Positions 47,815 to 60,072 are shown, numbered from the stretch's first letter. The stretch: 64,000 bases of DNA from Mycobacteriales bacterium (GCA_035690485.1 DASSKL010000010.1:856-64855), one strand, 5' to 3'. Notes: a model not told the origin generated them from the letters alone. Made by a program: numbers and translations.

Positions 47815-49056
47815 CCCAGCGAGCCAGTCGGCCCAGGACATGTTCCAGTCGGCGGTGCCGGCGTCCCAGCGCACCGGCAGGCGGGGGGTGTTGAAGATGT
47901 CGATGATGTCGCCGCGCTGGGAGAAGTTGTAGAACCACTCCGCGTCGGACGGCGCGAGGTTGACGCAGCCGTGGGACACGTTGGTGTTGCCCTGGTCCGC
48001 CACCGACCACGGGGCGGAGTGGACGAACGCGCCGCCGTTGGAGATGCGGACGTCCCACTTGACCGTCTCGTAGTAGCCGTCGGGCGAGTTGCGTGGGATG
48101 CCCACCGTCGCGGAGTCCATGATCACCGTGGGCGCCTTGTCGAGCGCGATGTGGACGCCGCCCATCGTGGGCCACTTGTCCTCGCGGCCCGCGCTGATCT
48201 TGAACGTCTTGACCAGCTTGCCGTTGGCGAAGACCTGCATCGAGTGGTTCTTGACGTCGACCTTGCTGACGTGGGAGTCGCCGATGCGGTAGGTCGCGGT
48301 GTGCGCGTCGCGCTCGCCCCAGACCCCGTCACCGAGGTAGAGGTGCGCGAGGTTGACGCCGAAGGTCACGGTCGTGCCGGGCGCCCAGTAGTTCTGGGGC
48401 CGCCAGTGGATCTCGGTGCCGCTGATCCAGTGCCACGAGCCCTCGACGCTGGGGCTGGTGCTGATCGTCAGCCGCCGCTCGACGTCGGCCTTCTCGCTGT
48501 CGGGCACGGTGCGGTTGAAGGTGACGATCGCGGGCTGGCCGATGCCGACCACGGCGCTCATCGCCGGGTTGAGCACCGGCCGCAGGTGCTTCTCGGAGTC
48601 GGCGACCAGCACCTTGAGGTCGTCGGTGTGGCTCTTGCCGCGCAGGTCCTGGTAGGCGACGTGGACCGTGTAGGTCTCGAGCGGCTCCAGCGTGTTGCTG
48701 CTGCGCCACTCCGACCCGTCGGCCGTTGCGTGACCCGGCAGCGCCTGGCCGCCAGGCCCGGTGACCGAGGTCGAGGTGATCGCGGCGTGCTCGGCGACCA
48801 GCCGTAGCGGCTGGTCCCACGGCACCTGCCCCTGCGCGTTCTGCAGCGCGACGACCAGCTTGGCGGGGGGCGGCGGCAACGGTGACAGCTCGGCGGTGCC
48901 CTGTGCCGCGGTGACGCTCCCGGGCTGAGAGCCGGTGCCCAGCGTCTCGTAGGCCGCGACCCCGCCACCGGCGACGGCAAGGACGGCGACCGCAGAGGTG
49001 AGGGCGGTACGCAGACGCACGGGGCTGCTCCGGTCGACTCGGTGGGGCAGGCACAT
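47800..49056 (-). CDS. L,D-transpeptidase (YkuD domain) with N-terminal Ig-like domains
   Basis: 418 aa; catalytic HGCVNLAPSDAEWFYNF with His/Cys; N-terminal signal or lipoprotein-like segment. Confidence 0.8.
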   Translation of the reverse strand: MCLPHRVDRSSPVRLRTALTSAVAVLAVAGGGVAAYETLGTGSQPGSVTAAQGTAELSPLPPPPAKLVVALQNAQGQVPWDQPLRLVAEHAAITSTSVTGPGGQALPGHATADGSEWRSSNTLEPLETYTVHVAYQDLRGKSHTDDLKVLVADSEKHLRPVLNPAMSAVVGIGQPAIVTFNRTVPDSEKADVERRLTISTSPSVEGSWHWISGTEIHWRPQNYWAPGTTVTFGVNLAHLYLGDGVWGERDAHTATYRIGDSHVSKVDVKNHSMQVFANGKLVKTFKISAGREDKWPTMGGVHIALDKAPTVIMDSATVGIPRNSPDGYYETVKWDVRISNGGAFVHSAPWSVADQGNTNVSHGCVNLAPSDAEWFYNFSQRGDIIDIFNTPRLPVRWDAGTADWNMSWADWLAGSALH

Positions 49057-49188
49057 GATGCCCGGCGGGGGTGCCGGTCATACGACTAGACGCATGAGGT
49101 GCCAACAAGGTTGCCCGACCGGTGCATTCCGCAGCATCCGCCGCTCCGGTGATCGGTGCGGGCGGAAGGGACTACCTCGCCCGCCGCG

Positions 49189-51808
<2,620 letters not shown>

Positions 51809-51816
<8 letters not shown>

Positions 51817-52549
51817 GCCGGTCCCCGCTACCGCCGCGACGCAGGCGGCGCCGGACTACGCCATCGAGGCGATCAACGTCGTCAAGCACTTCGACGGCGG
51901 GATCGTGCGGGCACTCGACGGGGTGACGCTGCGGGTGCGCCCCGGGGAGTCGGTCGCCATCACCGGGCCGTCGGGGTGCGGCAAGTCGACGCTGCTGCAC
52001 CTGCTGGCGAAGCTCGACAGCCCGACCTCCGGCACGATCCGGGTCGACGGCATCGACCTGTCGACGCTGTCCGACCCGAGCGACTACCGGCGCACCACCG
52101 TCGGGCTGGTCTTCCAGCTGCACAACCTGCTGCCCCACCTGTCCGCCGTACGCAACGTCGAGATCGCGATGTTCGGCACGCACCTGTCCCGCGGCGAGCG
52201 GCACGAACGAGCGCTGCAGCTGCTCGCCGCGGTCGACCTCGCCGGGCGCGAGAACCGGCCCCCCACCAAGCTCTCCGGCGGCGAACGTCAGCGCGTCGCG
52301 ATCGCACGGTCGCTGGCCAACGACCCGCCGATCCTCCTCGCCGACGAGCCGACCGGCAGCCTCGACGAGAAGTCCGTCGACCACGTGCTGTCGCTGTTCC
52401 AGCGGCTGCGCCAGGACGCCCCGTCACTCTGCATCCTGATGGTGACCCACGACGCGCGGGTGGCGCAGTCGTGCGACCGGATCGTGCGGATGCGCGACGG
52501 CCGGGTGGTCGACGAGCCGAACACACCGACGCCGGTCGCGACGATCTGA
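51809..52549 (+). CDS. ABC transporter ATP-binding protein (MacB/LolD-like)
   Basis: 246 aa; GPSGCGKST Walker A, LSGGERQRVAIARSL signature, LLADEPTGSLD Walker B. Confidence 0.9.
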
Positions 52550-52575
52550 GGGACCGCGGCGGCAGGCGGCGGCCG

Positions 52576-53067
52576 CTAACCGGCGAAGACGATGCGGGCG
52601 TCGGCCTGCTGCGTCGGGTCGGGTGTCGGCTGGCTGACGTTGATCAGGCACGGCTGGGTCGCGCTGCAGACGATGTTGTGCGTGCCGAACGGGCCTTTCT
52701 TGACCGTGTAGTCGGCCTGCACCGTGCCGGTGCCGTCGGCGGTCGCGGGCACGACGGCGGTGATGTCGCAGTCGCCCTGGCCGGTCTTGCTCCCCTTGTC
52801 GCCGCACTCGGCGACGATGTAGGTCGCTCCGGGGGTGAAGCCGGTGCCGGTGACGTGCACGGCCTGCCCGTCGTGCAGTCCCTTGGCCGGTTGCACGGTG
52901 ACGTGCGGCTTGCCCGGGTGAGGCGAGGCGGTCGGAGGGGCGGTCGTGGGCGGCGCGACTTTCGTCGCCGGGTGCGCGGTCGGCGGCAGCACGACCAGCT
53001 CCTGCCCGCCCGTGCCGCACCCGGCGGCCACGGCGACGAGCACACCGGCGGCGAGGACACGGACCAC
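52576..53067 (-). CDS. Lipoprotein of unknown function
   Basis: GTG 53067 with GGAGG 7 nt upstream; lipobox LVAVAAGCG; Cys-containing C-terminal domain (AECGDKGSKTGQGDCDITA...CSATQPC). Confidence 0.5.
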   Translation of the reverse strand: MVRVLAAGVLVAVAAGCGTGGQELVVLPPTAHPATKVAPPTTAPPTASPHPGKPHVTVQPAKGLHDGQAVHVTGTGFTPGATYIVAECGDKGSKTGQGDCDITAVVPATADGTGTVQADYTVKKGPFGTHNIVCSATQPCLINVSQPTPDPTQQADARIVFAG

Positions 53068-53129
53068 GTGCACGCCTCCACGGTGCCACGTGCGGCGGGC
53101 CGGCGACCCGCCTTTGACAACGACCTGCC

Positions 53130-53285
53130 GTCGTGGTCCGCTGTAGCCGCAGTCGTCACGGACAGGGGAAGCCGGTCGAAATCCGGCGCTGACCCGCAAC
53201 CGTAGGCCTCCGGGTGGACTCCCGGGAGCGAGCCGGAACACCTGGCGGTGACGAGGGCTCCCTGACATCCGTCGAGGTTCGCGGG
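53130..53285 (+). promoter_or_regulatory. Putative cobalamin (adenosylcobalamin) riboswitch
   Basis: acAGGGGAAGCCGGTCGAAATCCGGCGCTGACCCGCAACCGTAGG matches the conserved AdoCbl riboswitch core (AGGGAA..CCGGTGAAAATCCGG..GCTGCCCCCGCAACTGTAAG); a downstream GAGCCGGAACACCTGGCGG is a degenerate B12-box-like element; about 120 nt upstream of the first gene of the cluster. Confidence 0.55.
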
Positions 53286-53402
53286 GCGGAGCCCGGGCCG
53301 TGCGCCCGTGACCGCCCCCTGTCGCCGTCCGGCGACGGGGGGTTTGTCGGTTCGGGGGTGGGTCCGGCGACGCGCCGCGATCTCCGAACCGAAAGGCCAC
53401 CG

Positions 53403-54668
53403 GTGTCTCTCGTCACCCGCGCCGCGACCGGCGTCACGCTCGCCGGCCTGCTCGCCGCCCCGCTCTGGGCCGCTCCGGCCTACGCCGCCACCCCGGCGCC
53501 GACGACCGGCGCGTCCACCACGGACCCCGCCCGGGCCGCAGCCGGGTGGCTCGCCGGGCAGCTGACCGGGCCGCAGGCCGACCACCTGACCTCGTCGTAC
53601 GTCGATCAGAACGGCGCCACGCAGACCTACGCCGACCAGGGCCTGACCGCCGACGCGGTGCTGTCCTTCGACGCGGCCGGGGTCGCGCAGGACGCCGCGA
53701 AGCGGGCGACCACCTGGCTCGCGACCCAGGTCGACGCGTATGCCGGCACCGCGCCGAACTACTACCCCGGTTCGCTCGCCAAGCTGATCCTCGTCGCGGT
53801 CGCGCAGGGCGAGGATCCGCACGCCTTCGGCAACACCGACCTGGTCAAGGCGCTGCAGGGCGAGGAGGCGTCGGACGGCCTCTACACCGACCCGGACACG
53901 CAGAACGGCTACCAGAGCGTGGTGACCCAGGCGCTCGCACTGGTCGCCCTCTCACGGACCGACACCAAGCCCGACGCCAAGGCGGTCTCCTGGCTGGCCG
54001 GGCAGCAGTGCGCCGACGGCGGCTTCCAGACCGACGTCCGCACCAGCACGAGCGCTCCCTGCACGAGCGACGCCGACACCACGTCGTTCGCCGTGCAGGC
54101 GCTCGCGGCCACGCGCACCGACGCCAGCAAGGCGGTCGCCTGGCTGACCGCGCACCGCAACTCCGACAACGGCTTCGGTACGCCGAGCAGCAACGCCAAC
54201 TCCACCGCGATCGCCGTCCAGGCGCTGCTCGCCGCGGGCGGCGACCCGTCGGCGTCCATCGCCTACCTGCGCGGCCTCCAGGTGGGGTGCGCGGGCACGA
54301 CCGCCCAGCGGGGCGCGGTGACGTTCAGCGGCACCTTCGGCGCGACCGCCGTGCGCGCCACCTCACAGGCCGCGCAGGCGCTGGCCGGCAAGACGCTCGC
54401 CCAGATCACCGAGTCGGGCGCGGGCGCGGCAGCGCCGACCCTGGCCTGCGCCGCGACGGCGACCCCCACGCCGACGCCCACCGCCACGCGCACCGTCGCA
54501 CCACTGACCGACGGCCACGTCCAGCGGCCTGCTCCCCTCGCGAGCTCCGGCACCGCGGAGCTGCCGCGCACCGGCAGCAGCGCGCCGGTCGTGCCGCTCG
54601 TGGCCGCCGCGCTGGCGGCGCTGGCCATCGGCGCAGTGCTCCTGCGATGGGGCCGGCGCACGGCCTGA
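53403..54668 (+). CDS. LPxTG-anchored surface protein with prenyltransferase/squalene-cyclase-like alpha/alpha-toroid repeats
   Basis: GTG start; signal peptide; repeated units (QQCADGGFQ, HRNSDNGFG, QNGYQSVVTQALALVAL); C-terminal sortase signal LPRTG + hydrophobic segment + RWGRRTA. Confidence 0.65.
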   Translation: MSLVTRAATGVTLAGLLAAPLWAAPAYAATPAPTTGASTTDPARAAAGWLAGQLTGPQADHLTSSYVDQNGATQTYADQGLTADAVLSFDAAGVAQDAAKRATTWLATQVDAYAGTAPNYYPGSLAKLILVAVAQGEDPHAFGNTDLVKALQGEEASDGLYTDPDTQNGYQSVVTQALALVALSRTDTKPDAKAVSWLAGQQCADGGFQTDVRTSTSAPCTSDADTTSFAVQALAATRTDASKAVAWLTAHRNSDNGFGTPSSNANSTAIAVQALLAAGGDPSASIAYLRGLQVGCAGTTAQRGAVTFSGTFGATAVRATSQAAQALAGKTLAQITESGAGAAAPTLACAATATPTPTPTATRTVAPLTDGHVQRPAPLASSGTAELPRTGSSAPVVPLVAAALAALAIGAVLLRWGRRTA

Positions 54669-54669
54669 C

Positions 54670-55524
54670 ATGGCAACGACGCGCGCCCGCAGATGGTGGG
54701 TGCCGGCGCTCCTGGTGACGGTGGCGCCGGCACTCGCCGGGCTGCTGCCCGCGGTGCCGAGCAGCGCGGCGAGGCAGATCTGCGTGGCCGTCGTCGTCGA
54801 CTTCCGGACGCTCGGCGGCAGCGTCGCATCGACCTGCGCGAAAGTGCCCGACGGCACGACCGGCACGCAGGTGCTCAAGGCCGCCGGGCACACGATGACG
54901 TTCCGCAGCGACGGGCTGATCTGCACCATCGACGGGCAGCCGGCACAGGGATGCAGCGCGACCGACAGCTCGCACTACTGGGCCTACTGGCACCGCCCGG
55001 CCGGCTCCAGCACCTGGCAGTACAGCTCCGAGGGGTCCGGCACCTACCAGCCGGCCAACAACTCCAGCGACGGCTGGGTCTGGCAGAACGGCGGCCCGGA
55101 GGGCAGCGACCCGCCGCCGAACATCCCGGAGTCCCAGATCTGCCCGCCCGCCGCGACCGCGACGCCGCCGGCTGCGCCCGCCCGGCCGGCACCCGCGCCC
55201 GCTCCGGCCGCGACGGCGGCCGCCGCGCCGGTCCCCGCCACGGGCGGCGGGTCCGCGCCCGGCGTCGCGACGGCAGGCGCCACCGGCCGGCCGCCCGCGA
55301 CCCGCGCGCCGGCAGCCGCAAAGAGCTCGCCGGCCGTGACCGCCACGTCCGCGGCACCGGCCGGCGGGAGCACGGCCACGCCCCCGCCGGATCCGGCGGG
55401 GCGCACGCGGGCCGCGGCGCACTCCGGCGGGAAGCCCGGCGGCGGCTTCCCGACCGGGCTGGTCGTCGGCGTCGTGGTGGCCGTCGCGCTCGGTGGCGCC
55501 GCCTTGCTGCGGACCCGGCGATGA
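54670..55524 (+). CDS. Secreted DUF4430-like domain protein with a C-terminal Pro/Ala-rich segment and TM anchor
   Basis: Signal peptide; DUF4430-like core VLKAAGHTMTFRSDGLICTIDGQP...HYWAYWH...DGWVWQNGG; C-terminal TM LVVGVVVAVALGGAALL-RTRR. Confidence 0.55.
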   Translation: MATTRARRWWVPALLVTVAPALAGLLPAVPSSAARQICVAVVVDFRTLGGSVASTCAKVPDGTTGTQVLKAAGHTMTFRSDGLICTIDGQPAQGCSATDSSHYWAYWHRPAGSSTWQYSSEGSGTYQPANNSSDGWVWQNGGPEGSDPPPNIPESQICPPAATATPPAAPARPAPAPAPAATAAAAPVPATGGGSAPGVATAGATGRPPATRAPAAAKSSPAVTATSAAPAGGSTATPPPDPAGRTRAAAHSGGKPGGGFPTGLVVGVVVAVALGGAALLRTRR

Positions 55525-56639
55525 CGACCGCGGCGCACCCCCTCGCGCAGGCCCGGCTGCCGCGGCTGCTGCACCCCGCCGCGTGGTGGCTGTGGGCCAT
55601 CGGTCTCGGCACCGCGGCGAGCCGCACCACGAACCCGCTGCTGCTGCTGCTCGCCATGGCGGCCGCCGGCTACGTGGTCGCTGCCCGGCGCACCGACGCT
55701 CCGTGGGCCCGCTCCTACGCGGCGTTCGTACGGCTCGCGCTGACCGTGCTGCTGATCAGGGTGCTGCTGCAGATCCTCTTCGGCGGCGGGGTGCCGGGAC
55801 ACACGCTGGTGCGGCTGCCGCAGGTGCCGTTGCCGTCATCGTTCGCCGGGCTACGCATCGGCGGCGACGTGACCGTCGAGGGCACCGTGGCGGCGGCGTA
55901 CGACGGGCTGCGCCTGGCCGCGATCCTGGTCTGCGTCGGCGCCGCCAACGCGCTCGCGAGCCCGGCCCGCCTGCTGCGGGTGCTCCCGGCCGCGATCTAC
56001 GAGATCGGGGTGGCGGTGACGGTCGCGCTGACGTTCGCCCCGCAGGCCGTGGTCGCGGCCGGCCGGGTCCGCGCCGCGCGACGGCTTCGGGGACGGACGA
56101 TCCGCGGGCTGTCCGGGCTGCGTGGCCTGGTGGTGCCGGTGCTGGAGGACGCCCTGGAGCGCTCGCTCGACCTCGCGGCGGCGATGGACACCCGCGGCTT
56201 CGGGCGCCGCGCGGGCGTGCCGGCCCGCGAGCGCCGGCTCACGGCGGCGCTGACGGTGAGCGGGCTTCTCGCGGTGTGCGCGAGCACCTACGGCCTGCTC
56301 GACTCCTCCGCGCCGACCGCGCTCGGCCTGCCGCTGCTCGCCGTCGGCGCCGCACTCGCGGCGGCCGGGCTGGCTCTCGCCGGGCGGCGTACCCCCCGGA
56401 CCCGCTACCGGCCGGACCCCTGGGCGCTGCCGGAGTGGCTGGTCGTGCTCGGCGGGGTGCTGGCGGCCGCCGCGGTCTTCGCCACCGACCCGGGCGCCCT
56501 CGACCCGTCGACGTCGCCACTGGTCGCCCCGACCCTGCCGTTGCTGCCGGTGGCGGGGCTCGCCTGCGCGCTGCTGCCGGCCTGGGCGGCGCCCGAGGTG
56601 CCCGCGGCGATGCGGACCCGCCGGGCGGTGGCCGCGTGA
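55521..56639 (+). CDS. ecfT: Energy-coupling factor transporter transmembrane component EcfT (CbiQ family)
   Basis: ATGA overlap with the upstream gene; polytopic protein with ...EDALERSLDLAAAMDTRGF, the characteristic EcfT/CbiQ coupling helix. Confidence 0.75.
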   Translation: MTTAAHPLAQARLPRLLHPAAWWLWAIGLGTAASRTTNPLLLLLAMAAAGYVVAARRTDAPWARSYAAFVRLALTVLLIRVLLQILFGGGVPGHTLVRLPQVPLPSSFAGLRIGGDVTVEGTVAAAYDGLRLAAILVCVGAANALASPARLLRVLPAAIYEIGVAVTVALTFAPQAVVAAGRVRAARRLRGRTIRGLSGLRGLVVPVLEDALERSLDLAAAMDTRGFGRRAGVPARERRLTAALTVSGLLAVCASTYGLLDSSAPTALGLPLLAVGAALAAAGLALAGRRTPRTRYRPDPWALPEWLVVLGGVLAAAAVFATDPGALDPSTSPLVAPTLPLLPVAGLACALLPAWAAPEVPAAMRTRRAVAA

Positions 56640-58240
56640 TCCGCTTCGAGCACGTCTCGGTGACCTACCCGGGAGCCGGTGACCCGGTGCTGCGGGGGGT
56701 CGACCTCACGATCCCCGAGGGAGAGCTCTGCCTGGTGGTCGGTCGCACCGGGTCGGGCAAGTCGACGCTGCTGCGCTGCGTCTCCGGCCTGGTGCCGCAC
56801 TTCACCGGCGGCCTGCTCGCGGGCCGCGTGACCGTCGACGGCCGCGACACCCGCGAGCACCCGCCGCGCGAGCTGGCCGACACCGTGGGTTCGGTCTTGC
56901 AGGACCCGCTCGCGGGCTTCGTCACCGACACCGTCGAGGACGAGCTCGCCTACAGCCTCGAGTCGCTGGGCGTCGCCCCAGACGTCATGCGCCGCAGGGT
57001 CGAGGAGACCCTCGACCTGATGGGGCTGGTCGACCTTCGCGACCGGCCGCTGCTCGCGCTGTCTGCCGGGCAGCAGCAGCGGGTGGCGATCGGTTCGGTG
57101 TTGACCAGCGGTCCTCGGGTGCTCGTGCTCGACGAGCCGACGTCCGCCCTCGACCCGGCCGCTGCCGAGGAGGTGCTCGCGACCCTGACGCGCCTCGTCC
57201 ACGACCTCGGCCTCACCGTGCTCCTGGCCGAGCACAGGCTCGAGCGCGTCGTGCAGTACGCCGACCGCCTCGTGCTCGTCCCGGGCGGCGGCGCACCGCT
57301 CGTCGACGGCCCCCCGGCAGCGGTGCTCGCGACCTCGCCGGTCGCACCACCCGTGGTCGAGCTCGGCCGCCTCGCGGGCTGGTCCCCGCTGCCGCTCTCG
57401 ATCCGCGACGCGCGCCGGCGCAGCGCCGAGCTGCGCGACCGGCTGGCCGGCCGCGTGCCGGTCCCCGCGCCGGCGTCGGCGCAGGGGCCCGTGGGCGAGG
57501 CCGGTGACCTCGTCGTCCGCTACGGCGCGACGGTCGCGTTGCGGGGCGTCTCCCTCGTCGTACGCCGGGGCGAGGTCGTTGCGCTCATGGGTCGCAACGG
57601 GGCGGGCAAGTCGACGCTGCTCGGCGCACTGGTGGGCATGCGGGCGCCCGCGTCCGGCACGGCCCGGGTGGGTGGCGCCGACCCGGCCCGGCTGCGGCCG
57701 CGCGACCTGCTGCGACACGTCGGCCTGGTCCCGCAGCAACCCGGCGACCTCCTCTACGCCGAGACCGTGGCGGGCGAGTGTGCCGACGCCGATCGTGACG
57801 GCGGAGCGGCGCCGGGCACCGCGTGGCGGCTGCTGACCGAGCTGCTGCCCGACGCCGACGGCGACCTGCACCCGCGTGACCTGTCCGAGGGTGGCCGGCT
57901 CGCGCTCGCCCTGGCCGTCGTGCTGGCCGCCGCCCCGCCGCTCGTGCTGCTCGACGAGCCGACCAGGGGCCTCGACTACCCCGCCAAGCGGATGCTGGCC
58001 GCCGCGCTGCGCCGGCTCGCCGCCGCCGGTCACGGCGTGCTGCTCGCGACCCACGACGTCGAGCTCGTCGCCGAGCTGGCCGACCGCGTCGTGATGCTCG
58101 CCGAGGGCGAGGTGGTCACCGACGGCCCGACCCGCGAGGTGGTCACCGCGTCGCCGGCGTTCGCGCCGCAGGTCGCGAAGGTGCTGGCGCCGCTGCCCAT
58201 GCTGACCGTCACCGACGTGCGTGAGGCGCTGGCCGGATGA
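56636..58240 (+). CDS. ecfA: Fused duplicated ECF transporter ATPase (EcfA-EcfA')
   Basis: GTGA overlap; two ABC domains (GRTGSGKST + LSAGQQQRVAIGSVL; GRNGAGKST + LSEGGRLALALAVVL). Confidence 0.85.
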   Translation: MIRFEHVSVTYPGAGDPVLRGVDLTIPEGELCLVVGRTGSGKSTLLRCVSGLVPHFTGGLLAGRVTVDGRDTREHPPRELADTVGSVLQDPLAGFVTDTVEDELAYSLESLGVAPDVMRRRVEETLDLMGLVDLRDRPLLALSAGQQQRVAIGSVLTSGPRVLVLDEPTSALDPAAAEEVLATLTRLVHDLGLTVLLAEHRLERVVQYADRLVLVPGGGAPLVDGPPAAVLATSPVAPPVVELGRLAGWSPLPLSIRDARRRSAELRDRLAGRVPVPAPASAQGPVGEAGDLVVRYGATVALRGVSLVVRRGEVVALMGRNGAGKSTLLGALVGMRAPASGTARVGGADPARLRPRDLLRHVGLVPQQPGDLLYAETVAGECADADRDGGAAPGTAWRLLTELLPDADGDLHPRDLSEGGRLALALAVVLAAAPPLVLLDEPTRGLDYPAKRMLAAALRRLAAAGHGVLLATHDVELVAELADRVVMLAEGEVVTDGPTREVVTASPAFAPQVAKVLAPLPMLTVTDVREALAG

Positions 58241-59214
58241 CGACTACCGCCACCTCCGCGACGATGCCGACGGCATCCGGACGGGCCGCGTTGGCCCTGC
58301 GGCCCCGGTCAGCCCTGGCGGTCACCGCGGTGACGCTTGCGGGACTGGCCGGCTTCACCTGGCCGCTGTTCGCCGGCGGCCGGCTGGCCGGCTCGCACGC
58401 GGTCGACGCGCCGTGGCTGTTCGTGGCGCTGCTGCCCCTGCTGCTCGCCGTCGTCTTCGCCGAGGTGTCCGACGGCGGCCTCGACGTGAAGGGGGTCGCG
58501 CTGCTCGGGGTGCTCGCCGCCTGCGGGGCGGCCCTGCGCCCGCTCGGCGGCGGGGCGACCGGGTTCCAGCCGATGTTCTTCCTGCTGCTGCCCGCCGGAC
58601 GCGTGTTCGGGCGCGGGTTCGGGTTCGTGCTGGGCGCGGTGACGATGTTCGCCGGCGCGCTGCTGACCGGTGGCGTCGGGCCGTGGCTGCCCTTCGAGAT
58701 GCTCGGGGCGGCCTGGGTTGGTTTCGGTGCGGGCTGCCTGCCGCGGGCTCGCGGCCGCTGGGAGATCGCGCTGCTCGCGGCGTACGGCGCGGTGGCCGGT
58801 CTGCTCTACGGGCTGCTGCTCAACCTGTGGTTCTGGCCGTTCGCGCACGACCTGCCGCCCGCGATCGCATTCGTGCCCGGCGGCTCGCTGGCCACCAACC
58901 TGCACCACTGGGTGCACCACGACGTGGCCACGTCGCTGGGCTTCGACGTGCCCCGGGCGCTCACCACGGCCGCCCTCGTGGTGATCGCGGGTCGTCCCGT
59001 GCTCCTGGCCCTGCGACGCGCGGCGCGGCGAGCGCTCTTCGAGGGTTCAGGGAAGGGGGTGGCCGTAGACACCCCAGTGCAGGAGGAAGAAGACGGCCGC
59101 GGCGACCGTGCCGGCCGCCGGGAGCGTGAGGACCCAGGCGATCACGATGTTGCCGGCCACGCCCCACCGCACCGCCGAGAACCGCTTGGTCGCGCCCACG
59201 CCGAGAATCGATGA
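58237..59214 (+). CDS. ECF transporter substrate-specific (S) component; C-terminal extent uncertain
   Basis: ATGA overlap with ecfA; six-TM small integral membrane protein. The last roughly 55 aa overlap the convergent pitA gene by 167 nt and look non-coding. Confidence 0.5.
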   Translation: MTTTATSATMPTASGRAALALRPRSALAVTAVTLAGLAGFTWPLFAGGRLAGSHAVDAPWLFVALLPLLLAVVFAEVSDGGLDVKGVALLGVLAACGAALRPLGGGATGFQPMFFLLLPAGRVFGRGFGFVLGAVTMFAGALLTGGVGPWLPFEMLGAAWVGFGAGCLPRARGRWEIALLAAYGAVAGLLYGLLLNLWFWPFAHDLPPAIAFVPGGSLATNLHHWVHHDVATSLGFDVPRALTTAALVVIAGRPVLLALRRAARRALFEGSGKGVAVDTPVQEEEDGRGDRAGRREREDPGDHDVAGHAPPHRREPLGRAHAENR

Positions 59215-60066
59215 CGTGATCACGTGGGTGGTCGACAGCGGTACGCCGAAGTGCGCGGCCGACAGGAGCACACTGGCGGCCGTGGTCTCCGCCGCGAAGC
59301 CACGTGACGGGTCGAGCTGGATGATCCTCCGCCCCAGCGTCCGCATGATCCGCCAGCCGCCGGAGTAGGTGCCGAGACTGATCGCGCCGGCCGCCAGGCC
59401 GATCACCCACCAGGGCACGTGGAAGTGCTCACGCGACACGTGGCCGGTCGCAACGAGCGCGAAGGTGATCACGCCCATCGTCTTCTGCGCGTCCTGGGTG
59501 CCGTGGCTGAACGACATCGCCGCCGCCGACAGGGTCTGGACATGGCGGAAGCCGCGGTTGAGCTTGCTCGGCGAGCCCCGGTGCACGATCCAGAGCAGGG
59601 CCAGGTGGAAGAGGTAGCCCACGACGATTCCGACGATCGGTGAGAGCACCATCGGGATGATCACCTTGTCGATCACGCCGGTCCACTTGACCGTCGACGA
59701 CGCGGCGATCGCGGCGCCGACGAGGCCGCCGATCAGCGCGTGCGACGACGACGAGGGCAGGCCGAAGTACCAGGTGATGAGGTTCCAGGTGATCGCCCCG
59801 ACCAGGGCCGCCGTCGCCAGCACGATCGCCCCGCCGGGGTCGACGGGGATCTCGATGATTCCCTTGCCGATCGTCGCCGCGACCCCCGTCGCGAGCAGGG
59901 CGCCGGCCAGGTTGAGCACTGCCGCCATCCCGAGTGCCACCCGGGGCGTCAGCGCCCGGGTCGACACCGAGGTCGCGATGGCGTTGGCCGCGTCGTGGAA
60001 ACCGTTGGTGAAGTCGAATCCGAGAGCAATGACGATGAGCAGTGCCAGCCCGATGTCGAGCGCCAT
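59047..60066 (-). CDS. pitA: Low-affinity inorganic phosphate transporter (PiT family)
   Basis: 339 aa; FDFTNGFHDAANAIATSV motif repeated (HGTQDAQKTMGVI); 10-12 TMs. Confidence 0.9.
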   Translation of the reverse strand: MALDIGLALLIVIALGFDFTNGFHDAANAIATSVSTRALTPRVALGMAAVLNLAGALLATGVAATIGKGIIEIPVDPGGAIVLATAALVGAITWNLITWYFGLPSSSSHALIGGLVGAAIAASSTVKWTGVIDKVIIPMVLSPIVGIVVGYLFHLALLWIVHRGSPSKLNRGFRHVQTLSAAAMSFSHGTQDAQKTMGVITFALVATGHVSREHFHVPWWVIGLAAGAISLGTYSGGWRIMRTLGRRIIQLDPSRGFAAETTAASVLLSAAHFGVPLSTTHVITSSILGVGATKRFSAVRWGVAGNIVIAWVLTLPAAGTVAAAVFFLLHWGVYGHPLP

Positions 60067-60072
60067 GAGCGC

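Noticed and set aside
54406-55422. 338-aa minus-strand ORF (and 54875-55657)
   Set aside because: Antisense of the DUF4430/Pro-Ala-rich gene. Translation of the GC-rich P/A linker on the opposite strand.
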